Shown here in pieces: positions 1 through 12,363 of a DNA stretch of 64,000 nt. Position 1 is the first letter of the stretch. The number at the start of each line of letters is the position of its first letter. Under the pieces are notes generated by a model. It was not told the origin of the DNA, did not search any database, and saw only the letters and a list, made by a program, of their open reading frames with translations. Location: positions 5,146,001 through 5,210,000 of the forward strand of contig OY986948.1 in NCBI GenBank assembly GCA_963920595.1, written 5' to 3'. This DNA is from Eimeria praecox (lineage: Eukaryota). The translations under genes were made by a program, and so were the position numbers.

Positions 1-1983
1 ATAAGGTAAATCCGTCATGCCTGTCGTCTTTGTTGCAACGGCGTGTGCGATGCACAGGAAGTATGCGCATAAATTGTATTAGCCGTTGTGGAGGTGTTAA
101 AATAGCTGCCGGGAGTACTTTGACGAGCGAGTGTGAGGCCTGCTGAGGCCATGCACGTAGTTCGAGTCAGAGTTTGATTGGCATGTCGGCTTGGCCGGCA
201 GGTGAAACTGTGCATTCAGCAACATATACGTTTGTTGAGGGGAACTTGCACGAGCAGGGGAAGCGCGGAATGGCTTTGCTCGAGCAGTGCGATTCTTCGG
301 TGTTCTTAGGGGAAGGGTGGCGCGGAGGTTGTATATGCATTTGCCGGAGAGGTTCTGGCATTACAAGGTGCCGGACAAGCTACCGATGTATCTGGTTATT
401 GCAGTGTCAGTGCAGCGCGATGCAATACAAAATCCAGGATTCTGACTATTTAGGGAGCGGGACGGGTGATGGCCGAGGTGGTGTAAGCACTGTGGTGCGG
501 ACGACTGCTGTGCATGGGTCTGCGTAGGTGGACGTGCAGCAAGTATTTTGATGCTGGTGTTTGGCTTTACGCGATATGTGGAAATGTTTGGCCTTCGCGT
601 GAATGGTTTGCGCGAGTGTGTGCATAATGGTCAGTCATTTTGCGCTTCTTGTAATCAAGGTTTGGGCGGTTGTAGAGGGAATTGCGTGATCTGCGTGGTG
701 ACCTGTGCTGTCTTGCGCAGGTGCAGGTCAGGCCATTCATGTCTCATCAGCCTTTCATCAAGGTCCTGATCTTAGTCGCTGCTTAGCATGAGCAGCTGCT
801 TTGTGTCGTGGACAAGCATTGTGGGAAGGCCGTGATTTTTATAGAATGCTTTTTCAGAGAATTGGTCGATGCGCATGCTGTTTCATGCATCGAAGGCGAG
901 GGTACGTCAGGCGCGCGTATAAGGTGGATCCGTCACGCCTGTCGTCTTTGTTGCAGCGGCTTGTGCGATGCACAGAAAGTATGCGCATAAATTGTATTAG
1001 CCGTTGTGGAGGTGTTGAAATAGCTGCCCGGAGTACTTTGAGGAGCGAGTGGGAGACCTGCTGAGGCCATGCACGTAGTTCGAGCCAGAGTTTGATTGGC
1101 ATGTCGGCTTGGCCGGCAGGTGAAACTGTGCATTCAGCAACATATACGTTTGTTGAGGGGAACTTGCTCAAACAGGGGAAGCGCGGAATGGCTTTGCTTG
1201 AGCAGTGCGATTTTTCGGTGTTCTTAGGGGAAGGGTGGCGCGGAGGTTGTATATGCATTTGCTGGAGAGGTTCTGGTATTACAAGGTGCACGACAAGCTG
1301 CCGCTGTATGGGGTTATTCCAGTATCAGTGCAGCGCGATACAATACAAAATCCAGGATTCTGAATATTTAGGGAGCGGGACGGGTGATGGCCGATGTGGT
1401 GTAAGCACTGTGGTGCGGACGACTGCTGTGCATGGGTCTGCGTAGGTGGACGTGCAGCAAGTATTTTGATGCTGGTGTTTGGCTTTACGCGATATGTGGA
1501 AATGTTTGGTCTTCGCGTGAATGGTTTGCGCGAGTGTGTGCATAATGGTCAGTCATTTTGCGCTTCTTGTAATCAAGGTTTGGGCGGTTGTAGAGGGAAT
1601 TGCGTGATCTGCGTGGTGACCTGTGCTGTCTTGCGCAGGTGCAGGTCAGGCCATTCATGTCTCATCAGCCTTTCATCAAGGTCCTGATCTTAGTCGATGC
1701 TTAGCATGAGCAGCTGCTTTGTGTCGTGGACAAGCATTGTGGGAAGGTCGTGAATTTTATGGAATGCTTTTTCAGAAAATTGGCTGATGCACATGTTGTT
1801 GGATACATGGAAAGGGACCTTAATTCGTTCGCGCGTATAAGGTGGATCCGTCACGGTTGTCGTTTCTGTTGCCACGGCGTGTATGATGCTCAGGACGTAT
1901 GCGCAAAAATTGTATTAGCCGTTGTGGAGGTGTTGAAATAGCTGCCGGGAGTACTCTGAGCAGCGAGTGTAAGGCCTGCTGAG
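1..1983. repeat. 918-bp tandem sub-array, cluster 0 (2 cores visible, truncated by the window edge)
   Basis: ORFs 174/1092 and 808/1726 are each offset by 918 bp. The array ends at AGGCCTGCTGAG (1983). Confidence 0.96.
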
Positions 1984-4900
1984 TGTACCCCCCTCCTCCA
2001 AGGCGCTATTCTACGTGCATGCTCTTTTGAGAGTAGCTTGGGAGCAGTAGTAGCTGCGAACTTAAAAACATTCGTGCTTATAGGGAACGTGGAGGAAAGA
2101 AGCGTTTTCGTCTTATGTACGGTTTGCTCATTGTAGGTGGGTTTGTGGGTCTGGATGGGGAATGAGTACTGCATGGGGTGTTACACTGCCGAATGTACCG
2201 TAAGAAATGCTTGAGGAAGGGCCTGATTTCGAGGCTTGGTCACCTTGCAACAGTCATATTTGGCTATAGTGCACACCTCACGTATTTGTTCGGCCTGCGT
2301 GAAGTGCCCTATGGGTAAGTTTCCGGAGGGTGAGAGCAGAGCAGGTGAAGATGCAAACGTGCACGGATTTGAAGTCAGGCAGCAGTCATACACAAGGCTC
2401 GAAGCCGCCGTTGTGAAGGAGATGAAGGGCATGGAATCTGTTCGCAACGTCTAAGGAATTAGGTAATACACTCGAAGCAACTCTCACGGTGCCGTGTATG
2501 CAAGCACGTCTTTGACAAAGCCTAGATTGGTCACAGAGCTGAGATATTGCATGTTGGTCACGACAGCAGGCCAGCAGTAGCGTGGTCTGCTACGGCCTGT
2601 CCGTAGATACTCTTTTCTTGAGCTCCTTTTGTATTTTGGAGCATTGGTTGTAATTAATCCCGTTAACTGTGGGGACAGGCGTTTGCACAGGCAGCAACGA
2701 GGGCTTTCACGGCACATGCTGTGTGGCATTGGCTGCAGTGTTGGACACAAGGCGCATACGGCGCCTCCTGCGGCTTGTCTTACATGCATGCGTTTTGAGC
2801 TATGTTAGGCATCAGGCTAGCAATGATCCCGAATATTTACAGAGTGCAAGAAGGTGCATTGACAGCGTATGGCGTTTGGCAATATGTTTGGTGCCTTGCA
2901 GAAGGTGCGCATGGTGGCTCATATTGGCTGACTGTCCATCCTCGTGCTTAGAGCGAGGATTGCGTTCAGGAGCATAGGCAGGTATTGGAACCGTTGAGCA
3001 GAGGAGCAGGCATATGCATGGAGGGCAGAAAGGTGCGTTGACGGGGTAAGCTGAATGGCAGTAGACGCGGTGTTTCACAGACGGTGCGTACAGTGTCTGC
3101 TTTGGTGTGTCTATCCTCCCTGGAGGTTTAAACACTTTTCGTGTTTCGAAGGATAGTTTAGTATTGGCTGGGTACGGTAACGGATATTTGCAGAGAGAGC
3201 AACAAGGGGTTCCAGGATGGATGGCGTGTGGCAGTAGATATGGTGCCTTCACAGCCGGTGAGCTGTTTGGTTTTCTGTGGCCAGTCCGGTGCATCCAATA
3301 TGACGTATCGCATGCTGCCGAAGCAGCTAGCCATTGGATCTGCATCTGCAGTGCCTATGTCGTAGGATATTCGTTGCCGTAGTTTTGGTGCGCATTGAAG
3401 CGAGCTGACGCATTGCCCACCTCGCAGAATGGTGTCGCTGGTTTAGCGAAGTCTATTGTCCAGCCTGTACGCACGTTGGCTTGCTTGATGTGCATGATGC
3501 TTGTGAAGTCAAATCGTCACTGGACGCATAGTGAAGAAGGATACAGCATGCCCGGAAAGCTGTGCCAATCCGCACTGTTTACAAGCGTTCTGCAGCACGA
3601 GTAGCCGACTTACTTGCCTACGCAAGGCCTGCTGGCTGCTTTGGAAGCCATATACTGAATTCGAATGCTTTCTATGTCTCAGGTCAATCTCTCAAAACCT
3701 TGGACCAAGCGGATGTGGATATTCTGCTACCGTAGGTGATAAGCGGAGCCGTACGACGGATCTCGTCTGAGTGGTGCATAACCAACGCAGGGAGTGGGTC
3801 TGCATAGGTGAAGTGTGAAATCCAAGACAAGCAAGCTCTGTTTGAGGAGGCGATACTCGCCATGCCTTTTCATCGAAAAGCGCGATGCTCATGGTAACGG
3901 CTTGATGAATATACCGAGCAAACAACCACGCTTTGCCTGAACAATCCTGCCCAGAAAATCAAGGCATGCATAGGATAACTGGAGGAAGAGGGCGAGACAG
4001 TCGAGATGGCAGTGTGCGGAGGCGACCAACGGGGAGGCCTCTGAAAGGGCCGTAGATAGGGCGTCACTCTGCTTGCTCATCGGCTGCCGACTTTGGATTT
4101 GCTTCCGTGAGCGGTTGCAATGGTATAAGCATCTCCTCCAGAGAGCATGATCGCAGACAGTTGAATACGTTGAATAAATGCTCGTCTTGATGGCCCTACA
4201 AATCCTTCTGCGAATCCTGCTTAGAAACCCGCAAGCGCATTGAAGCGCAAGCGTGCCAGTGCGCGAAGGGGCGATTCTTCTTGTGCAAAAAAGCCTACAA
4301 GAAGAAATGCCATTTACTTCGTCATGAGCGTGCTCAGCCCATTGCTTCCTATGGTGTGCGAAAACTTTATGACGGCATGGGACTTGGATGAGCTTGGCTT
4401 TGTCGGGGCACTAAACTAAGCAAGCATTCCTGCGCCTTGTAGCCTGGCGGCAGGCTGACTTGGGTTTACATTTGCCTTCGCCGGCGCCAGTCGTTTATCG
4501 ACTTTCCTAAGCTAATGGAAATTGTGCTGAGAATTTGCGACTGTCCGGTCAGCGCGTATGCAAGCAGTTCTTACAAGCCGTTTTGCCGTTGCTTATGAGT
4601 CATTAACAAGCGGCGTAGCCAGCCAGTGTTCAGCAGGGTGCTTGCATGCATGCTGTAGTGTTGTTTCGCTTCACTTGCAGCACAGCAGCACAGCGTGGAG
4701 TTGTGGGATGCTTGCCGAACACATACATGAGAGGTGATAATTGGGTAGGCAGCAACCAGCTTTTTAGCCCAGAGGTGTATAACCGCCTGGTGGGACGCAG
4801 CTGGTGCGGTTCGCTGCACCTGCAGCTGTAGATATCCAGCTGTATATCTCCATGCAAATGCCCTCTTGAAGGGGCTGACGTGCTACGTGCGTTCACGTGG

Positions 4901-7900
4901 GATGAATGGAAGAATCCGACAGTGTTTACCATTTCGAAGGTTTGGTGGATTAGGACTAACGAACTAAGTGGCAAGCAATTGTATTGGTAGGGGGCATAAA
5001 CGTAGTAGTGCCAGCGCGTTATAACCAGATCCATTGTGAGCTTGGAACCCCACAAGAAGTGATGCGCTATGCCTCCTTATCACAATGTGCTCCCCTAACC
5101 ATGGATTGCGAACTGTGTCTAACAACACGGGAGCTCGAGTGGCTTGGAGCTCAGGTGGCCCTGCATCGAGCAGAGTAGTCATGCTTCCCGTTGTTTGGCG
5201 GTACCCTGGTTTGGGTGTGCGCCTGTCTGACAAGGGTTTTCCAATGCCATGACGAAGTAGCAGGTGCTAGAATGATAGCTGAATGGCCTTTCGCTCGGGT
5301 TTGCTTTAGAGCGTGAGCTGGCACCAGAAGACGTTTCTCAACTGCCCAAGCAAACTTGATAGAGCCTGTTAGAAGAGTGTATTAAAGAGCCTGTGATTTT
5401 CTAGGTTAAATTTAAACGGAGGGCGCTCGAAAGAAGCACTTCAAGCACCAGCTTTTCTGCATAGCGATTGAACGTTATACGATGCAGAATAACAAGCACT
5501 ATTTGGGCAGGCGCTACCTGGGCAGGTATCCAGTGAAACTGCATCCGCAGTGCCTACATGTTTGTACCTTGACTTCCCCTGTTCTGGCTTTTCAAGTCGA
5601 TGAGCTGCCACATGGTCACGTAGCGTGCTGGGAGCACAGTGATCAAGGCTGTGGCGCGACCGTGGCCACAATGCTCAGGGCATGTGCAGTTTCATAAACG
5701 TTAGAAGCGCCGCAAACGCGACATTGTGTGCCATTTCAAAGAATCGACCAAATCAGTTTGTATGCCTCCCGTCAGTTTGCTTGGTTTGCGGTTAAGTGCT
5801 GTGGTGATAGCGATGATCCTCCCAGTGTATGCTTTAGTCTAAACGTCGGGATTCTGTCCATAAAATGAGAGTCTTCTCCAGGAGCAGGAGCACAGAGACA
5901 GAATGTTCAGGCTTCGTTGCGAGTAGAAGGCACTGCATTGCATGCAAGTGCATCTATATCAAAGGCTTGATGCTTCCAGTTCGTTGACCCAAATTCGGTG
6001 ATATTCGTCTAGTTGTGACGCTGCGTACGACTCCCCTCCGATGCGTCTTAATGAACTTGCCTCTTGCCAAGGGAACTGCAGGCAAGGCCTGCTAAATGAA
6101 AACGGCGAGCCGTAAGGGCATTTGTTCTTTGCGAAGTATACATACCTGTTTAGCAAGTAAGCAGGCAATATTCTAACACTATTTCGAAGTCGGAGCTATC
6201 AGGGGGCGGGCTGTGCGCAGCGGTGTTCCAACAACCACAAATAATTTACTTCCCATGCTATTCGCCCTGTGCTCTTTATTTTACTAGTGGGAGCGTTTCC
6301 AAGCAGGCAAACAGGCCAAGGCCCGCCTAACGAAGCGGCTGGCAGGCTGCTTAATCGGGATTGGGACATTTATTGGACTACATTATTCTTCGCGCGCGAC
6401 GCAGAGTGCCCAATGCAATCTAGCGTTGGTGTGCAATGGGTTCGAAAAAGATGCAACTTGAGCGAGGAGCCCACAAAAGGAGACGTCTTCTGCCTACTTA
6501 TCCAGCAGTGCTCCACTATGCATGAACTGCCAGTACTGTGCAACGATACGGGGATTCCAGCGGATTTGCACTGGCAAGGCTCCAAACGAAGTAGAGCACT
6601 CATGCGTCTCGCAATCCTGCGGCAGGCTGGTTTGGGCTTCCGCCTGCCCCAAAAGGTTGAGGTACCCCCCTTGCCACAGCCGAAGGTGCTGAAGTTAGGT
6701 CCGAGCGGCATTTCGCTCGTTTTTATCATAGCCTGTAAGCTGCCGCCACCATTGGTGTCTTGCCTGCCCATCCGCATTTCATTATATCTGCTAGAGAAGT
6801 GTAAAACGCCAGCAATCGTGTAGGCTGAGGTGTCAAGGCAAGTGTTCGAAGAAACCACTTAAAACATAAGGTTTGCTGCGCAACGATTAAACGCTACAAG
6901 CGCTCGACTATTCAAGTTACGATACTACGTACCACCTGGGCAACTGCTTAATGAAGCTCCACCTGCTGTGCGGATATCTTAAGAAATTCGCCCCGTATTG
7001 TGGGTCTTTGAAGAATAGAAGCGTATGGCGCTGCAATGCTGCTTAGTAGTGCACTGCCTGCCTGGAAATGCGAACGCTCGCTATTCAAGCAACAGCAACA
7101 CGTCAACACCTCATTTGTCTAGCCTGTACGCCCATTGGCTTGTCTGATACATCGGAATGCCGTTCAAGGCCATGCGGAGGGTAAAGGAGGAAACGGCATG
7201 GCTGGCTGCTTGTGCCAGCCAACCCGCACTCATGCCAAGCACTTTGAAGTATGACCGGCGGAGTCGCCTGTCTAGAGTTATTTCGGTAGTTGGTTTTGAG
7301 TGCGCGGATGAATTTCGGCTCGTTGAATGCTGTAGGGTCGTCCGCAAAGACGTTGCGGGAAGCGGATGTGGATATACTGCAGCCTTAGGTTGGAACGTTC
7401 GGAGCTTTACGACGGATTTGGTGCTTTGGATGTGAAATCAACGCAGGAAGTAGGTTTGCATCTATGGAATGGGAAATCGAAAAAGAGCCTTTGCTTGAGG
7501 GGGAGACGTGCACTACGAGACTGCGTTGGTGGCAGTTGTCCCTACTTTGGCGCAGTTACTTACCCGCCTTTGCGTTTAGAGTAGGTGCAGTTTGTGAATG
7601 CATCAATGGCTTTAAACCGAGCTAGGCATCTCACAGGAAGGTTGTCATTGAACTGCAGCACATAGTAAACAAGAAGACCACGGGAGGCAGGCCGTCGGCA
7701 TCCACGCTGCGGATGTTTTCTGAAGCTTTAAACATTTGGTATTTGCGTTGGTCTTCCAGCAGGAGGTGATTCGAAGGGGGCGGCCCTTGCATCCAGCTGC
7801 CTCGTTTATCAGTCGGTAAGGAGCTTGGGGGAGGATGGGTCGCCGTGGTAGAAATCGCCTTCCTCTGCTGTTAGAAGCATACGCCGTAAGTGACGGAGAT

Positions 7901-8829
7901 CTAATGTGGCTGCATGTGGGGACATCGTGGGGTGATGCAACGTGTGTGGGCGGCTGTATGTGGGCTGTGTGGCGAAGCCCTCTTTCGCGATAGTATCACA
8001 CGCTGTTTTGGCCAGGACGTCTGCGCCTAGAATCATTTCACCCTTGGTCTCCTTTGGTATCTACTGAGGCGAGTTCTTTGGGCACTACGATATGCGTTTG
8101 CGAACCATGGTCGGGCATCACAAACGGTGCCCGACCCTGTCTCAGGCAATCGGTGAGACAGCAAATGCAGAGCGCACTGCATGGCAGGAGACAGCAACGA
8201 ATACGCATTGGTTTTTATCAAGCTTTTAGCGGGTTTGACGGCCAGCCCGGATATGTATGATTGCACTTGTTTTCCATGCGACGGGAGTAGCGGAGGGCAG
8301 GACGGGGCCGGTGGCGCAGTCAACATGAATTGGGCAAATGCTGATGGTCCTTGGACGGAAGAAGGCGAGAATTGTGTCCTATTGCTCCTATTGCTCACCT
8401 ATTGGTAAATAGAGAAGCAAACAAAACTCATGGTATAGGCGTGTGCTTTTTCATTGGCAAGGTTAGATCAGCTGTATTCTGTAAACGGCAAGTGAAATTG
8501 CCCTATATGCCTCAACGTTTCGTTCAAGAGCTGGGTTGAGTGCATGCTACGTGCATCGCAAGCGCAAGCCGTTCATGCCAGCATATGTCCGCGTTCAGTG
8601 GGAGATCCCCTTTCCTTGCTGAGGTAACGCGCATTTTGCCCAGGAAGTATGCGCATATAATAGCGGACAGATGGGGGAGGGTGTTGAAGGGGGGGTAACG
8701 GCCAGCGTTCGAAGTAACAAATGTGTGGCATCGTAAGCGCATGGACGTTATGCTACCGGTTCTTTAACGGGATCACACTATGGGAGAAGCGTTAATGCAG
8801 GTATAGCTGAGCTTCGCAAAGCTTTCATG

Positions 8830-9559
8830 CTTGCTTTAGGAAACGTGCACACCCCTGAGCGGCAGGGAATCATCTCGTTATGCTGATGCACATCTTTGGC
8901 ATTCCTTAGGCTTGGTGCTTCAGTGCCTCGGTTTGCATTACGGTATGTTATTAGAAGGTGCTGTGTGGACTGGCTAAGACAGCATGTGTGCAGTGCGACA
9001 CAGATCAGGCGCGGTGAAGGCGAGGTCCGATGCACCTGGCCGAGTGGTAGGCGGGGTGGGGTCGGTGGTGCGGCTCGGAGTGCTGATCTACACCGGCATG
9101 CCTGTGCCTAATATGAGTGAGCGTACAGCACCTAGTTATGGGCGGGCGCATAGCTTGGCGATATCACTGGAATTGTATGGTTCTCAAGTGCGTGCATGCG
9201 GCACGTCTATCTTTGTCATTCAGTATGCTGTTCTCGCTGTTCAAGCTTTATCGCACCTGCGCGTAAAAGGCTGAACAACGGGTTGGATGATCCTGTATTC
9301 TGCGCGCGCCCTCCATTCATCGTACCCTAGAAGCTTTTCTACTGCCGTCGGCCTTTCAGCAGGAAGCGACTTGATGCAGCGCTCCTACGGAGCTATGATG
9401 AATATGCATGCTGCGCTTATTGAAGGCGATTACATGCTCGCAGATGTACAGATGCGGCATTCAGTGGCGTGTCATGCTGCTCAGGCCGTATGCGCTTAGT
9501 TTTCATCGACAGTTGTGAAGGTTTCCAGAGGGCTGCAGAGAGCACCCTGAGCCGCGAAT
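8830..9559. repeat. Old diverged monomer homologous to the 918-bp unit, left flank of the sub-array (present in every large unit)
   Basis: CCATTCATCGTACCCTAGAAGCTTTTCTACTGCCGTCGGCCTTTCA (~9313) matches CCATTTATCATATATTGCAAGCTTTTCCTGTCTCATCGGCCTTTCA (~10173). TGGAATTGTATGGT matches TGGAAATGTTTGGT. Conceptual translations align as WLRQHVCSATQ vs WLLQCQCSAMQ. Confidence 0.8.
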
Positions 9560-12363
9560 GTGAGGCCTGCTGAGGCCATGCACCTACTCCGAGTCATATT
9601 CGTATTTGCATGCCGGCGTGGTCGGTGCGTAAACGCTGGTGTTTTTGTGTGTTCAGCAACATATGCGTTTGTAGAAGGGAACTTGCTCAAACAGGGGAGG
9701 CGCGGAATGGCTTTGCTTGAGCAGTGCGATTCTTCGGTGTTCTTAGTGGAAGAAGGGTGGCGCGAAGGTTGTATTTGCATTTGCTGGAGAGGTTCTGGTA
9801 TTACAAGGTGCACGGCAAGCTACCGCTGTATGGGGTTATTCCAGTATCAGTGCAGCCCGATGCAATACAAAATCCAGGATTCTGACTATTTAGGGAGCGG
9901 GACGGGTGATGGCCGATGTGGTGTAAGCACTGTGGTGCGGACGACTGCTGTGCATGGGTCTGCGTAGGTGGACGTGCAGCAAGTATTTTGATGCTGGTGA
10001 TTGGCTTTACGCGAGATGTGGAAATGTTTGGTCTTCGCGTGAATGGTTTGCGCGAGTGTGTGCATAATGGTCAGTCATTTTGCGCTTCTTGTAATCAAGG
10101 TTTGGGCGGTTGTAGAGGGAATTGCGTGATCTGCGTGGTGACCTGTGCTGCCTTGCGCAGGTGCAGGTCAGGCCATTTATCATATATTGCAAGCTTTTCC
10201 TGTCTCATCGGCCTTTCATGAAAATCCTGCTCTTAGTTGTTGCCTAGCATGAGCAGCTGCTTTGTGCCGTGGACAAGCATTGTGGGAAGGCCGTGATTTT
10301 TATGGAATGCTTTTTCAGAGAATTGGTTGATGCGCATGCTGTTTCATGCATCGAAGGCGAGGGTACTTCTTGCGCTCGTATAAGGTAAATCCGTCATGCC
10401 TGTCGTCTTTGTTGCAACGGCGTGTGCGATGTACAGGAAGTATGCGCATAAATTGTATTAGGCATTGTGGAGGTGTTGAAATAGCTGCCGGGAGTACTCT
10501 GAGGAGCGAGTGTGAGGCCTGCTGAGGCCATGCACGTAGTTCGAGTCAGAGTTTGATTGGCATGTCGGCTTGGCCGGCAGGTGAAACTGTGCGTTCAGCA
10601 ACATATACGTTTGTAGAAGGGAACTTGGACGAGCATGGGAAGCGCGGAATGGCTTTGCTTGAGCAGTGCGATTCTTCGGTGTTCTTAGGGGAAGGGTGGC
10701 GCGGAGGTTGTATTTGCATTTGCCGGAGAGGTTCTGGCATTACAAGGTGCCGGACAAGCTACCGATGTATCTGGTTATTGCAGTGTCAGTGCAGCGCAAT
10801 GCAATACAAAATCCAGGATTCTGACTATTTAGGGAGCGGGACGGGTGATGGCCGAGGTGGTGTAAGCACTGTGGTGCGGACGACTGCTGTGCATGGGTCT
10901 GCGTAGGTGGACGTGCAGCAAGTATTTTGATGCTGGTGTTTGGCTTTACGCGATATGTGGAAATGTTTGGCCTTCGCGTGAATGGTTTGCGCGAATGTGT
11001 GCATAATGGTCAGTCATTTTGCGCTTCTTGTAATCAAGGTTTGGGCGGTTGTAGAGGGAATTGCGTGATCTGCGTGGTGACCTGTGCTGTCTTGCGCAGG
11101 TGCAGGTCAGGCCATTCATGTCTCATCAGCCTTTCATCAAGGTCCTGATCTTAGTCGCTGCTTAGCATGAGCAGCTGCTTTGTGTCGTGGACAAGCATTG
11201 TGGGAAGGTCGTGAATTTTATGGAATGCTTTTTCAGAGAATTGGTCGATGCGCATGCTGTTTCATGCATCGAAGGCGAGGGTACGTCAGGCGCGCGTATA
11301 AGGCAGATCCGTCACGCCTGTCGTCTTTGTTGCAGCGGCTTGTGCGATGCACAGAAAGTATGCGCATAAATTGTATTAGCCGTTGTGGAGGTGTTGAAAT
11401 AGCTGCCGGGAGTACTCTGAGGAGCGAGTGTGAGACCTGCTGAGGCCATGCACGTAGTTCGAGTCAGAGTTTGATTGGCATGTCGGCTTGGCCGGCAGGT
11501 GAAACTGTGCATTCAGCAACATATACGTTTGTTGAGGGGAACTTGCTCAAACAGGGGAAGCGCGGAATGGCTTTGCTTGAGCAGTGCGATTCTTCGGTGT
11601 TCTTAGGGGAAGGGTGGCGCGGAGGTTGTATATGCATTTGCTGGAGAGGTTCTGGTATTACAAGGTGCACGACAAGCTGCCGCTGTATGGGGTTATTCCA
11701 GTATCAGTGCAGCGCGATACAATACAAAATCCAGGATTCTGAATATTTAGGGAGCGGGACGGGTGATGGCCGATGTGGTGTAAGCACTGTGGTGCGGACG
11801 ACTGCTGTGCATGGGTCTGCGTAGGTGGACGTGCAGCAAGTATTTTGATGCTGGTGTTTGGCTTTACGCGATATGTGGAAATGTTTGGTCTTCGCGTGAA
11901 TGGTTTGCGCGAGTGTGTGCATAATGGTCAGTCATTTTGCGCTTCTTGTAATCAAGGTTTGGGCGGTTGTAGAGGGAATTGCGTGATCTGCGTGGTGACC
12001 TGTGCTGTCTTGCGCAGGTGCAGATCAGGCCATTCATGTCTCATCAGCCTTTCATCAAGGTCCTGATCTTAGTCGCTGCTTAGCATGAGCAGCTGCTTTG
12101 TGTCGTGGACAAGCATTGTGGGAAGGTCGTGAATTTTATGGAATGCTTTTTCAGAAAATTGGCTGATGCACATGTTGTTGGATACATGGAAAGGGACCTT
12201 AATTCGTTCGCGCGTATAAGGCAGATCCGTCACGGTTGTCGTTTCTGTTGCCACGGCGTGTATGATGCTCAGGACGTATGCGCAAAAATTGTATTAGCCG
12301 TTGTGGAGGTGTTGAAATAGCTGCCGGGAGTACTCTGAGCAGCGAGTGTAAGGCCTGCTGAGG
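9560..12363. repeat. 918-bp tandem sub-array, cluster 1 (3 copies)
   Basis: Core GGGAGCGGGACGGGTGATGG at 9893, 10832 and 11750 (spacing 939 and 918). Confidence 0.96.

Noticed and set aside
103..168. Pol III-like boxes (TAGCTGCCGGG ... GTTCGAGTC), suggesting a tRNA or SINE; also 5S-like words at ~1032-1058 and ~3759-3770
   Set aside because: The A box is poor, I cannot build a cloverleaf or 5S fold, and the B-box word is absent from the first monomer of each cluster.
174..769. Cys/Gly/Val-rich ORFs in the 918-bp units, and similar ones in the ~975-bp units
   Set aside because: Their composition follows from the G/T skew. Most lack ATG starts, and indels between units (10 bp; spacings of 973-981) are mostly not frame-preserving.
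735..775. Minus-strand CTGATGA next to GAAA, suggesting a hammerhead ribozyme or a C/D snoRNA box
   Set aside because: Motif order and stems do not fit, and many copies read CCGATGA.
721..1095. Plus frame that reads protein-like if TAA, TAG and TGA were sense codons (alternative genetic code or editing)
   Set aside because: All three stops occur, frameshifts separate homologs, and the stops do not align to one consistent residue.
6269..6823. 184-aa plus-strand ORF open in all four large units
   Set aside because: It has a GTG start and no recognisable domain, and copies are too young for openness to imply selection. The old homolog at ~62900-63420 has frameshifts and stops.
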